Shown piece by piece: positions 1-8,279 of a stretch of DNA of 64,000 bases; position 1 is the stretch's first letter, and each line of letters starts with the position of its first letter. The notes under the pieces were generated by a model. The model was not told the origin of the DNA. It did no database searches and was given only the letters and a program-made list of their open reading frames with translations. The stretch spans positions 544,001 to 608,000 of the forward strand of contig JBEKKK010000001.1 in assembly GCA_050010755.1 (NCBI GenBank). The letters are read 5' to 3'. Origin of the DNA: Candidatus Bathyarchaeia archaeon (GTDB lineage Archaea > Thermoproteota > Bathyarchaeia > Bathyarchaeales > Bathycorpusculaceae). The translations under genes were made by a program, and so were the position numbers.

Positions 1-753
1 GCTAATGATTCAAGCAGTGAAATCTGGGCTGGCGGCTCTATAGCAGATCAGTACGGATGGACCGTCGGCACGCTGATAGAGGTGAACGGTTACACTTTAC
101 GCGTCTCGGGCGTTTTTGACACTAGCATGGCGCTGCTGGATCGTTGTCTGATTATGCCTCTTACGCTGATGCAAACTGTTTACAACTATCCTCAGTCTGT
201 CAACATAATCGCAGTTAGACCAACGCCAGGCGTGCCGGAGCAAAACTTGACAACGGCCATAACGCAAAAGATAAGCTACGTTAATGCTTTGACAGAAACT
301 GAGAGGAACGATATTGTTCAACCGGTCTTGGACCAGGTGCAAACTTGGACTGTAGGTATAGAAACTGTGGTTTTTGTCATAAGCCTAATCCTGGTGATGA
401 CGGTCACCGTCATGAACGTGTCGGAGAGGCGACGCGACTTCGCGACTCTGGATGCGATGGGAGCTCCGACAAGCTACATGTTTCGAGTGGTCTTGATAGA
501 AACGTTTTTCATCGGAGTCTTGGGCGGCATAATCGGAACAGCCTGCGGCTCCTTGACGGCAATAGTCTTGGCGAGTCTATACACAAGCATTCCTCTCGCC
601 ATGTTCTTTCCAAGTATACTGAGTATCGTTCCGCCCTTTTACATGCTGGAGACGTTTTTGGCAATCGTGGCGGTCTGCTGCCTCGGCGGGATAGTGCCGG
701 CTATAAACGCGACTAGAATGCACATAGCTGAAGCGTTGAGGGCGGAGTACTGA
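1..753 (+). CDS. ABC transporter permease, FtsX/MacB family (5' truncated by window edge)
   Basis: Frame open from base 1; VSERRRDFATLDAMGA motif; C-terminal TMs ending IAEALRAE. Confidence 0.9.
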   Translation, partial: ANDSSSEIWAGGSIADQYGWTVGTLIEVNGYTLRVSGVFDTSMALLDRCLIMPLTLMQTVYNYPQSVNIIAVRPTPGVPEQNLTTAITQKISYVNALTETERNDIVQPVLDQVQTWTVGIETVVFVISLILVMTVTVMNVSERRRDFATLDAMGAPTSYMFRVVLIETFFIGVLGGIIGTACGSLTAIVLASLYTSIPLAMFFPSILSIVPPFYMLETFLAIVAVCCLGGIVPAINATRMHIAEALRAEY

Positions 754-1427
754 TGAGAATCAGAACAGTGAATCTTTCAAGATCGTTCCAGGTCGGCTCA
801 TCTCAGATAGCGGCCGTGAGAGCGGTCAACCTCGAAATCAGCGACCCGAAACTCGTTGCGATAGTAGGTCCTTCGGGTTCAGGCAAATCGACACTGCTCA
901 ACCTCATCGGCCTGAATGATTATCCAACGTCAGGACAGATTTTTGTCGACGACGTTGATGCTTCCCGGTTGAGCAATCGTGAACGTAGAAGGATCCGGAA
1001 TATGAACATGGGGTTTGTCTTTCAAACTTTTAACCTCTTTCCCACTCTCAGCGCCTTGGAGAACGTTGAATTACCCATGTCTCTAGCAAAGAGACCTCAA
1101 GGAGAGCAATCGGAAAGAGCGCTCAGGCTTCTTGAGACAATGGGGCTGGCGCAGAGAAGCAATCACAGGCCGAAACAGTTGAGCATGGGCGAGATGCAAC
1201 GTGTGGCCATCGCGAGGGCCCTTGCAAACAGTCCGGAAATAATCATGGCCGACGAACCTACTGGAGAGCTCGATTCAAAAACGGCTAAGGAAATAATCAG
1301 CCTACTAGTAGACGTAAACAAACGAGACAAGACCACAGTCGTCGTAGCAACGCATGACGAAAAAATAGTGGAAGCAGCAGAAGTTGTGTACACCATGCAA
1401 GATGGCGAGCTCAAGACAGAGGGTTAG
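753..1427 (+). CDS. ABC transporter ATP-binding protein (LolD/MacB-like)
   Basis: Walker A GPSGSGKS, signature LSMGEMQRVAIARAL, ADEPTG; start overlaps permease stop. Confidence 0.95.
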   Translation: MRIRTVNLSRSFQVGSSQIAAVRAVNLEISDPKLVAIVGPSGSGKSTLLNLIGLNDYPTSGQIFVDDVDASRLSNRERRRIRNMNMGFVFQTFNLFPTLSALENVELPMSLAKRPQGEQSERALRLLETMGLAQRSNHRPKQLSMGEMQRVAIARALANSPEIIMADEPTGELDSKTAKEIISLLVDVNKRDKTTVVVATHDEKIVEAAEVVYTMQDGELKTEG

Positions 1428-1506
1428 CGCCTAGCGTTTCTGAACTCTTTCTCTGGTCGTAATACGGCGCTAATTCGCGTTTTGATTTTTGCTAAGGGCA
1501 AGTCGG

Positions 1507-1566
1507 GGTTCTAGTGTGCGCTAACGGCCCCTCCACTCGGTCTACGATATGATCCAAATATGATTT
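1507..1566. repeat. 60-bp dispersed intergenic repeat, copy 1
   Basis: GGTTCTAGTGTGCGCTAACGGCCCCTCCACTCGGTCTACGATATGATCCAAATATGATTT; 56/60 identical to 45955..46014, same orientation. Confidence 0.9.
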
Positions 1567-1817
1567 TGGAGAAGAATACGAGATTTTAGATAGGCTTCTC
1601 GAAGGCTCACCTCGATTTCGCTATGTTCAAGCAGGACAAATTGAAAATAGAATTGGGCATTAGTTTTTTCTTGGCGACATTGTCCCTAACCCGTCTAGCG
1701 CAAGAGGGTTCTCTGAGGCTATTTGGGGGCAAAAAAGGTGTCCGAAGAGCCCTAAATCTATATATTAGTGAAGCTCAAGAATGGCTCTGTAGTAGTCGGG
1801 TTTAGGTTGGCTTGTAC

Positions 1818-2210
1818 ATGACTAAACCAGTTCATGTTGGTGAGTTGAGAGTCGGCGGGTACATGGTTATCGATGGCGAACCATGTCATATTGTTGATAT
1901 TGACAAGTCGAAGCCTGGGAAGCATGGGTCTGCAAAGGCTAGGATAACGGCTGTAGGTGTTTGGGATGGAGTTAAGAGGAGTTTCGTGAAGCCTGTTGAT
2001 CTCGGCGCGGAAGTGCCGATAATCGATAAGCGTAGTGGCCAGGTGTTTGCGGTGAACCCGAATGGCGTTCAAATCATGGACTTGGAGACTTACGAGTACT
2101 TTGATGCTCCTTTCCCGCAAGAAGAGGATTTGAAGGCAAAGATGGTGCCTGGCGTGGAAATAGAGTATTGGCGGATACTCGGAAAAATGAAGATTATGAG
2201 AGCAAAATAG
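1818..2210 (+). CDS. eif5a: Translation factor aIF5A/eIF5A
   Basis: Hypusine-site motif SKPGKHGSAK; ATG at 1818. Confidence 0.97.
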   Translation: MTKPVHVGELRVGGYMVIDGEPCHIVDIDKSKPGKHGSAKARITAVGVWDGVKRSFVKPVDLGAEVPIIDKRSGQVFAVNPNGVQIMDLETYEYFDAPFPQEEDLKAKMVPGVEIEYWRILGKMKIMRAK

Positions 2211-2312
2211 ACTCAACCACTGAACCTATCAAGCGGCTTTGTTGGGATTCTGGTCCTCTCATGTGCGAAAGGCTCAAATGTGCGCTTTGCTTGTTGCAAG
2301 AGATGCTAAAAC

Positions 2313-3434
2313 ATGTCAAGTGGCAAGAGAATTTTTTCAGACTTTAAAGTGTTCAGTCGAGGATACTTGAGAAACAAATTCGGATTATTCTTCGGACTAG
2401 TTTTCCCAGTAATCTTAATCTTGATTTTCGGCGCAATCTTCTCAGGAAACAGCTCTGGAACAATCAACGTCTACGCCCAAAATCAAGACACGGGCCCATT
2501 CCCATCACCACAAATGAACATTGGGCTACAGTTTTTGAATTATGTCAACACTTCGAAGACGGTGAGGATCATTATGGTAGATGCTTCCGAGAACTTTTCT
2601 CAATACCTAGCGGCGCACTCGACCTCTGATGGCATTGTTATTCCTGCAAACTTCTCAGCCAGCTACTTGGCTGGGAACCAAATAAACGTGACAGTCTATG
2701 GCAATCCTACTTCAACCTCTAGCCAGATCGTGAGCGGGACGGTTGCTGGTATCATAAACTTTTTCAATTTGAACTATTACAAGCAGAACGCCTTGCCGAT
2801 TATTGGCATTGAACCTGCGACGGTGAACGCGCAGCAAACACAGTATATTGATTTCTTGATACCGGGCTTGATTGGTTTTTCGATACTTGTGAACCCAATG
2901 TTCTCGCTAGTTAACATTTCCTCAGAATACAAGAAAACAAAACTGTTCAAACAACTTTCGCTCACACCTCTGACCAAAATGGAATGGCTCGCCTCTAAGA
3001 TAATGTGGTATTTCGTCCTAACCGTAGCAAGCTTTCTGCTCATGGTTGCTGTAGGAGTCTTTGCGTTTGGCGCACACGTCACCCTCACGTTTGGACTTCT
3101 GCCCTTCCTAATTGTCGGTCCAACACTTTTCGCATCGCTAGGCATGCTCGTTGGAACAGTAACGAAGGACCCTGAAACCGCCGGCGTAATAGGCAACATA
3201 GTAACTTTCCCGATGATGTTCCTCTCAGGCACCTTCTTCCCTATCAGCATCATGCCCACATATCTTCAGAACATAGCACACGTTTTGCCACTGTTCTACG
3301 TTGTCGAGGGTTTAAACAACGTCATGGTCTATGGAAACTACACGGGAGCATTAATTGACATAGCCGTCGTCGCCATAATAGCAGTCGTCATCTTCGCGTT
3401 GGCAGTTAGATTCTTCAGGTGGAGAGAAGACTAA
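2313..3434 (+). CDS. ABC-2 type transporter permease
   Basis: N-terminal TM, extracellular domain, YIDFLIPG, FLSGTFFP, ends FRW. Confidence 0.9.
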   Translation: MSSGKRIFSDFKVFSRGYLRNKFGLFFGLVFPVILILIFGAIFSGNSSGTINVYAQNQDTGPFPSPQMNIGLQFLNYVNTSKTVRIIMVDASENFSQYLAAHSTSDGIVIPANFSASYLAGNQINVTVYGNPTSTSSQIVSGTVAGIINFFNLNYYKQNALPIIGIEPATVNAQQTQYIDFLIPGLIGFSILVNPMFSLVNISSEYKKTKLFKQLSLTPLTKMEWLASKIMWYFVLTVASFLLMVAVGVFAFGAHVTLTFGLLPFLIVGPTLFASLGMLVGTVTKDPETAGVIGNIVTFPMMFLSGTFFPISIMPTYLQNIAHVLPLFYVVEGLNNVMVYGNYTGALIDIAVVAIIAVVIFALAVRFFRWRED

Positions 3435-3500
3435 GCTGCTTTTTCCTTTTTCAATGTGGAAATGATGTGACATTTTATAGGCCTGATTTTGGCCGAGCTT

Positions 3501-4697
3501 TTAAAGGAGAGATGTGAGTCCGAGTATTCCACCCGCAACTATGATGAGTGCGGCAGCCCAGAAAGCTGCTTTCTCATATTTCTTGTAATGATATCCATTC
3601 ATGACGTCATGATTTGTGACAAGCTTGCCCAGAAAATACAATGAGGGTATTAGGACTAAGGGAAAGATGAACATCATGTTAAGCATCAGTTGGATGTAAC
3701 CGGCTACGGTGGCTACGAGGATGAGGGCTGGAAGACTTTCGAAGGCGTATATTGTTAGAAAAGAAGCTCTTGACTTAGGTCCGGTTGCGCGTCCTGTGGC
3801 TTCAAGAACACCCCATGCTGAACCGAGGGAAACTACTACCAGGGCGAGAAAACCCGCAAAAAGGAAACCCATTCCGATCGTAGGCACAGCAAAGCTACCA
3901 AATACGGGCAGCGCCCTCGGCAAATCGCCAATGTCAATCAGACTTTTTCCGCTGAACACGTTTAACCCCACGATGACGAGTATGACCATAAGAATTTCCG
4001 AGACTATTGCCCCAATCAAAGTTTCCAGACGCTCATTTTTGAGGTCTTTAACTTGTTTCTTTCTGCGAGAATCTGCCCCCGAGTGAAAGTACAGCATCCA
4101 AGGCATTATGACCGCGCCCACGCTTGCGGCGAGGAGATAATCGAAGGACGGGGTGCCATACGGCTGCAATGGAGAAAGCCCTGTGAAAACGAACAAGTTC
4201 AGGTTGATATGAAAGACAAATGTTGAGCCTAAGATAGCTATCAACAGCAAGAAGCTCACTGGAATGAGCACTTTCTCTGCTTGGCCATACTGTCGGCCCG
4301 CCACGATCAACGTGTGTAAAATGAACACGATTATGAGGCCCAGGATGACAGGAAACCCTATCAAACTGAAACCGATAGCGATGCCGGCGTACTGGGCAAC
4401 GTACTCCAGAAAATCGCTTAGACCCATCGGGATTGCAGCCGTTATGGCTGCTCTGTTTCCAAAGTTCTTCCTTATTTGTTCTCCAAGTCCGCCGCCCGAA
4501 GCGATTCCCAAACGTCCTGCCGCATCTTGGATTATGAAAAGTGGAAATATCAGTACGAGCAGTACAAAGATCATTCGGTAACCCCAAGTGGCGCCGGCTT
4601 GAAGACCCGTTATAATGGAGGCCACGTCAACGTCGGCTATCATTACAATCCAAGCGGGTCCGAAATTCTTGAGCCAATCGCTAGCCCTTTGGTTCAC
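3501..4697 (-). CDS. Nramp-related divalent metal transporter (non-canonical motifs)
   Basis: FGPAWIVMIADVDVAS (DPGN position), GATWGY, VGAVIMPWM (MPH position); ~11 TMs. Confidence 0.85.
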   Translation of the reverse strand: MNQRASDWLKNFGPAWIVMIADVDVASIITGLQAGATWGYRMIFVLLVLIFPLFIIQDAAGRLGIASGGGLGEQIRKNFGNRAAITAAIPMGLSDFLEYVAQYAGIAIGFSLIGFPVILGLIIVFILHTLIVAGRQYGQAEKVLIPVSFLLLIAILGSTFVFHINLNLFVFTGLSPLQPYGTPSFDYLLAASVGAVIMPWMLYFHSGADSRRKKQVKDLKNERLETLIGAIVSEILMVILVIVGLNVFSGKSLIDIGDLPRALPVFGSFAVPTIGMGFLFAGFLALVVVSLGSAWGVLEATGRATGPKSRASFLTIYAFESLPALILVATVAGYIQLMLNMMFIFPLVLIPSLYFLGKLVTNHDVMNGYHYKKYEKAAFWAAALIIVAGGILGLTSLL

Positions 4698-4725
4698 GGT
4701 TTACGCCTCCTTGAAGCGAATACAC

Positions 4726-4775
4726 TTAGGCATACCTAACTCGGTTGCGGCATATAAACATTTAGGCAAGCCTAA
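4726..4775. promoter_or_regulatory. Two DtxR/MntR-type operators flanking the TATA box of the transporter gene
   Basis: TTAGGCATACCTAA (4726-4739) and TTAGGCAAGCCTAA (4762-4775), both TTAGG-N4-CCTAA; minus-strand TTTATA at 4753-4758 between them. Confidence 0.8.
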
Positions 4776-4848
4776 GTAGGTTGTTCCAAGAAAGCCTATA
4801 AAGCCGTCAAGAGTTATATGAAATTCAGTAACTCACTGTTTGTGACCG

Positions 4849-5268
4849 ATGTTAATGGGCATCTCTGAGAGCATCGAGGAATACCTGGAGACACTCTGGG
4901 TGTCAGAGGAACGCGGGGAAAAACTGGCACACGTTACTTGGGTAGCGGACCATCTGGGAATATCTGCTCCAAGCGCGGTTGAAATGCTGAGAAAGCTGGA
5001 GAAAGAAGGCCTCGTAATTTACAAGGCAAGACGAGGAATCGAACTCACCGACAAGGGAAGAAAAATAGCTAAGAGAATTATCCGCGCTCATAGGCTGATT
5101 GAGGTATTGATGAAGGAAGCTCTCAAAACAGATATTCGAGAAGAAACCGTCTGTGGCATGGAGCACCACATGGACGAAGTGTTCATGGACGCGTTATGTA
5201 CGCTGTTAAACCACCCTAGAAAATGTCCCCATGGAGATAATATCCCCAAAGGCAAATGTTGCCCATAA
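4849..5268 (+). CDS. DtxR/MntR family metal-dependent repressor (no FeoA domain)
   Basis: SIEEYLE, ISAPSAVEML, RAHRLIE, CGMEHH, CPHG. Confidence 0.92.
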   Translation: MLMGISESIEEYLETLWVSEERGEKLAHVTWVADHLGISAPSAVEMLRKLEKEGLVIYKARRGIELTDKGRKIAKRIIRAHRLIEVLMKEALKTDIREETVCGMEHHMDEVFMDALCTLLNHPRKCPHGDNIPKGKCCP

Positions 5269-5357
5269 CAGTCATTCTGTAAAAGCAGAGCCAACGTCGG
5301 CTTCACAACGTTCAACACTAGACTAGACAAGAGATCCTTGGCGCAAGGCAGCGGCTT

Positions 5358-5564
5358 CTATTCCCACCATTTCCATTTGAGTGCGTTGAATATAGTGTAG
5401 AGAGCTAGCAGGATTATTCCCCAGCTCAGCGCGATTCCAGCGATTATCAGCAAACCGTTTGTTGTGCTGGCGTATATGATCCATCCGCTTATTCCGCACA
5501 GACCGACTAAAAGAAGAATGAAAATCCCGATGTGAATGGCTGTTTCTCCTGCCAGATTTCCCAC
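5358..5564 (-). CDS. Small two-TM membrane protein
   Basis: 68 aa with two hydrophobic segments. Confidence 0.55.
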   Translation of the reverse strand: MGNLAGETAIHIGIFILLLVGLCGISGWIIYASTTNGLLIIAGIALSWGIILLALYTIFNALKWKWWE

Positions 5565-5715
5565 CTGCCAGACTGTTCTAGTGCCTATCGTCTTTTGTTG
5601 TTAAAAGACTTTCGTCAATGTTTATTTCAACGGCTCACATTGCATAGTTTGAGGCCGATGATGCATGAAGAGCCGTCTGATTTGTGACGATATTTTAGGT
5701 GCTGAGGCTTCATTG

Positions 5716-6129
5716 TTATTTCTTGCGGCGAGTGCGCGTCAACATCTTGCGGGGCAACTTGATTTCCAGGATCCCTTTCTTGTGTTCAATTTTCATTTTG
5801 TCCATGTTGACGGCAACTGGAACGTGGATCCACGCATGGAATCTCTGGATGACGCCCTGCCTGTGAGTTATGCCCAGTTCTTTGAGGCGGATCTTCTTCT
5901 TCATTTCTGCGGATATTTCTAGGGAAGAGGTATCGACCGCTTCGACTTTGACGGTTTTCTTGTCTGCGTAGGGCAAGTCGACTGTTACTATTACCTCAGT
6001 GGGTTTTACCGTTATTTCGCGCAGGGGTTCTATCGCGCAGGTCTTCAGGTCCCAGCACGGTTTTTCGCTTAGAGTTTCTTTGATCTGGTCGGCCCATTTT
6101 TCCATTTCCTGGAAGTATTCGTCTATCAT
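5716..6129 (-). CDS. Small heat-shock protein (Hsp20/alpha-crystallin)
   Basis: VTVDLP and KKGILEIKLP motifs. Confidence 0.85.
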   Translation of the reverse strand: MIDEYFQEMEKWADQIKETLSEKPCWDLKTCAIEPLREITVKPTEVIVTVDLPYADKKTVKVEAVDTSSLEISAEMKKKIRLKELGITHRQGVIQRFHAWIHVPVAVNMDKMKIEHKKGILEIKLPRKMLTRTRRKK

Positions 6130-6176
6130 GTCAGAGACTGAGGCTCTCTTTCTGATGGACAGTTTTCATCTCCTCC

Positions 6177-6935
6177 TTATGAAACGTACATTGGAATGTC
6201 GTATTCTTGGCCCTTCTTCATCTTCGACATTTCCTCTTGGGTTCGTTTCATCACGTCTCGGGCCCTCAGTCGGATTTCCTCGCCTTTCTCCAACAGTTTT
6301 GCGACGTTCACTTTCAATCCGGTTATCTTCGCCAGCTCCTTCAAGACTTCTGCCGCCGCTTCAGGGTCCGGATAGTTGTAGAAGCACTGGGCAAGCAGCG
6401 TTATTGCTGGCGTTCCAGCTTGCGCGGCGCGTTGAAGCAGGACCGCTTGGGGACCAACCATGTATCCTTCTGCGAGAATTTCCAGTCCCTTTTCCTGAGC
6501 TGTCTTCAAAGCCTCGGGAGTCGATGCGGCAGCGAAAGATTTTAGCTCCGTGACGTCTTGTCTGTCTTGGATTGGCATTCCGCTGAGTGAAATCATCATC
6601 TTGACGTTCTTGTTTTTCGCCCAGTCAATCAGCGCGTCCATTATCGGATAGATCATGTCCGTGGGTATCGGCACTTCTGAAATCGCTAAGAGAATGTCCT
6701 GACCTCCGAAGATCCTAATCGAGGAGTGTGGCAATCCTTCGTGCAGAATGATGAGCGGGGGAAGTAGATTGCTGCTCAAGTGAGCTACTTCGGTCAAGCC
6801 CAGCTCGTCGACCAAGTGCGAAGCGGCAATTACTCCTACCAGCCCAACGTCTGGAAAAGCAAAGAGCAACGTAGCTCCAGTCGGTACTTTCTTTGTCTCG
6901 ACAATCTCGACTTCTTCACTCAAATTTACCACCAA
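6177..6935 (-). CDS. PAC2 family proteasome assembly chaperone
   Basis: FPDVGLVGVIAASHL, YPDPEAAA, C-terminal MYVS. Confidence 0.88.
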   Translation of the reverse strand: MVVNLSEEVEIVETKKVPTGATLLFAFPDVGLVGVIAASHLVDELGLTEVAHLSSNLLPPLIILHEGLPHSSIRIFGGQDILLAISEVPIPTDMIYPIMDALIDWAKNKNVKMMISLSGMPIQDRQDVTELKSFAAASTPEALKTAQEKGLEILAEGYMVGPQAVLLQRAAQAGTPAITLLAQCFYNYPDPEAAAEVLKELAKITGLKVNVAKLLEKGEEIRLRARDVMKRTQEEMSKMKKGQEYDIPMYVS

Positions 6936-7193
6936 AACTCTCCAGAAGAAGGATGAAGTCTAAAAAGCTTTTCGGAAACAGGTTCTGTTAACTCTTCGGC
7001 GCTTGAAAAAGTTTGTTAACCCTCGGGGCTTTTCATGGTTGTCCTTGTTTTGGGGACGTTTTAGGCGATAGAACATAACGTACTAAGGCGATACTGTTAC
7101 GCTATTTGTGGTAGTTTTGTAGAGCGCACTATGACAAAGGTTACAGTCAGAAACGCTAATACAGCCTGCTTGATACTTCTAACGTGAGGGACG

Positions 7194-7955
7194 ATGAGCG
7201 TCGATATTTCCAAGTTGCACAATGTGCTAAGAGATAGCACCCGAGCAAGGATAATTGAATTGCTCAATGAAAAAGGTTCCTTAAGCTACGTAGAACTTCA
7301 GGAACTGCTCCAAATAGGTCACACGGGCAAACTGAACTACCATCTGAAGGTGCTTGGAGACCTTCTCGTGAAAGATGAACACACAGGACGGTATAGTCTC
7401 GGGGAGAAAGGTACGCTTGCGGTGGCACTGCTGTCCAAGTTTCAAACCGTGACTTCTGTCAAGAATGGCAAAAGTCGAGTGGCAAGATTAACGTCGGTTG
7501 CGCTCACAGCGGCAGTTGTCATTTTGGTTGTGGCTCTCATCGTGGTTATCGCCCCAAAACCAGTTACTCCCACACTTCAAGTGAGTCAAGTCTCTCTAAG
7601 TCCCAGCACGATAAGCCAAAACGGATCAGCGACTCTAAGCTTCACGATTAAGAATAATGACGCAACAAACCCACATCGAGTAAGCGTGTTTTTCGACAAT
7701 TTGTGGAACTTGACTGTGTATCTTGGCAACACGAGTCTGACTACAGCGTCTGGAATCTCATATGGCGATGGCTGTTCAAAAATTCAATTCTATCATATAC
7801 CTCAGCAGCTTCAACCATCTCAGAGTCTAACACAAGATTTCAGAGTGACAGTTACTCTTGTAACTCCAACCACCTATTCAATACCTTTCTACTTCGCTGA
7901 CGAAAACTCGACAAGATTTGTCAACGAGACCGTAACTCTAACTGTGATTAATTAG
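7194..7955 (+). CDS. Membrane-tethered winged-helix protein: ArsR-like wHTH + TM + Ig-like domain
   Basis: TRARIIELL..SLSYVEL..GKLNYHLKVLGDLL; TM at ~aa 100-120; beta-rich C-terminal domain with N-x-S/T sequons. Confidence 0.8.
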   Translation: MSVDISKLHNVLRDSTRARIIELLNEKGSLSYVELQELLQIGHTGKLNYHLKVLGDLLVKDEHTGRYSLGEKGTLAVALLSKFQTVTSVKNGKSRVARLTSVALTAAVVILVVALIVVIAPKPVTPTLQVSQVSLSPSTISQNGSATLSFTIKNNDATNPHRVSVFFDNLWNLTVYLGNTSLTTASGISYGDGCSKIQFYHIPQQLQPSQSLTQDFRVTVTLVTPTTYSIPFYFADENSTRFVNETVTLTVIN

Positions 7956-8191
7956 AGGAACGTCTCAAACCTCTGTTGTTGACTTGCCTTCTTAATCAGA
8001 GACATCCATTCTGCCTTATCAGTTTCGACGTTGGCTTTTTGTGCAGGAGTCTTTCCTTCAAGTGCGCTGTGTGGCCTGATGAAGTTATAGTAAATTCTTA
8101 GCCCATCCAGCATCGTCTGTGCAGTCTCCATATCATCAAATCCTCGCATGACTTTGTTTCGCTGGCGAATCGTCCCATGTTGTCTTTCCAT
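7952..8191 (-). pseudogene. C-terminal remnant of a DDE (IS6-like/rve) transposase
   Basis: MERQHGTIRQRNKVMRGF...IYYNFIRPHSALEGKTPA; catalytic N-terminal part missing; begins immediately inside the right IR. Confidence 0.8.
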
Positions 8192-8279
8192 GAAAGCGCC
8201 GAAGAGTTAACAGAAACAACAAGCTTCTGGAAGGGAATAGCTATTAATGGCATGAAGCGATGTAAATCTGGAGAAAAAC

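Larger units (their letters stand above)
6981..8217. mobile_element. Non-autonomous IS6-family-derived element with passenger gene
   Basis: 24-bp terminal inverted repeats GGTTCTGTTAACTCTTCGGCGCTT (6981-7004) and AAGCGCCGAAGAGTTAACAGAAAC (8194-8217), 23/24 complementary; GGTTCTGTT resembles IS6 ends; encloses a transposase remnant; no target-site duplication seen. Confidence 0.75.

Noticed and set aside
1623-1805. 60-aa ORF upstream of aIF5A
   Set aside because: No motif, and it overlaps the likely aIF5A promoter
6971-8227. Target-site duplication around the IS6-like element
   Set aside because: The flanks (CGGAAACA and AACAAGCT) do not match
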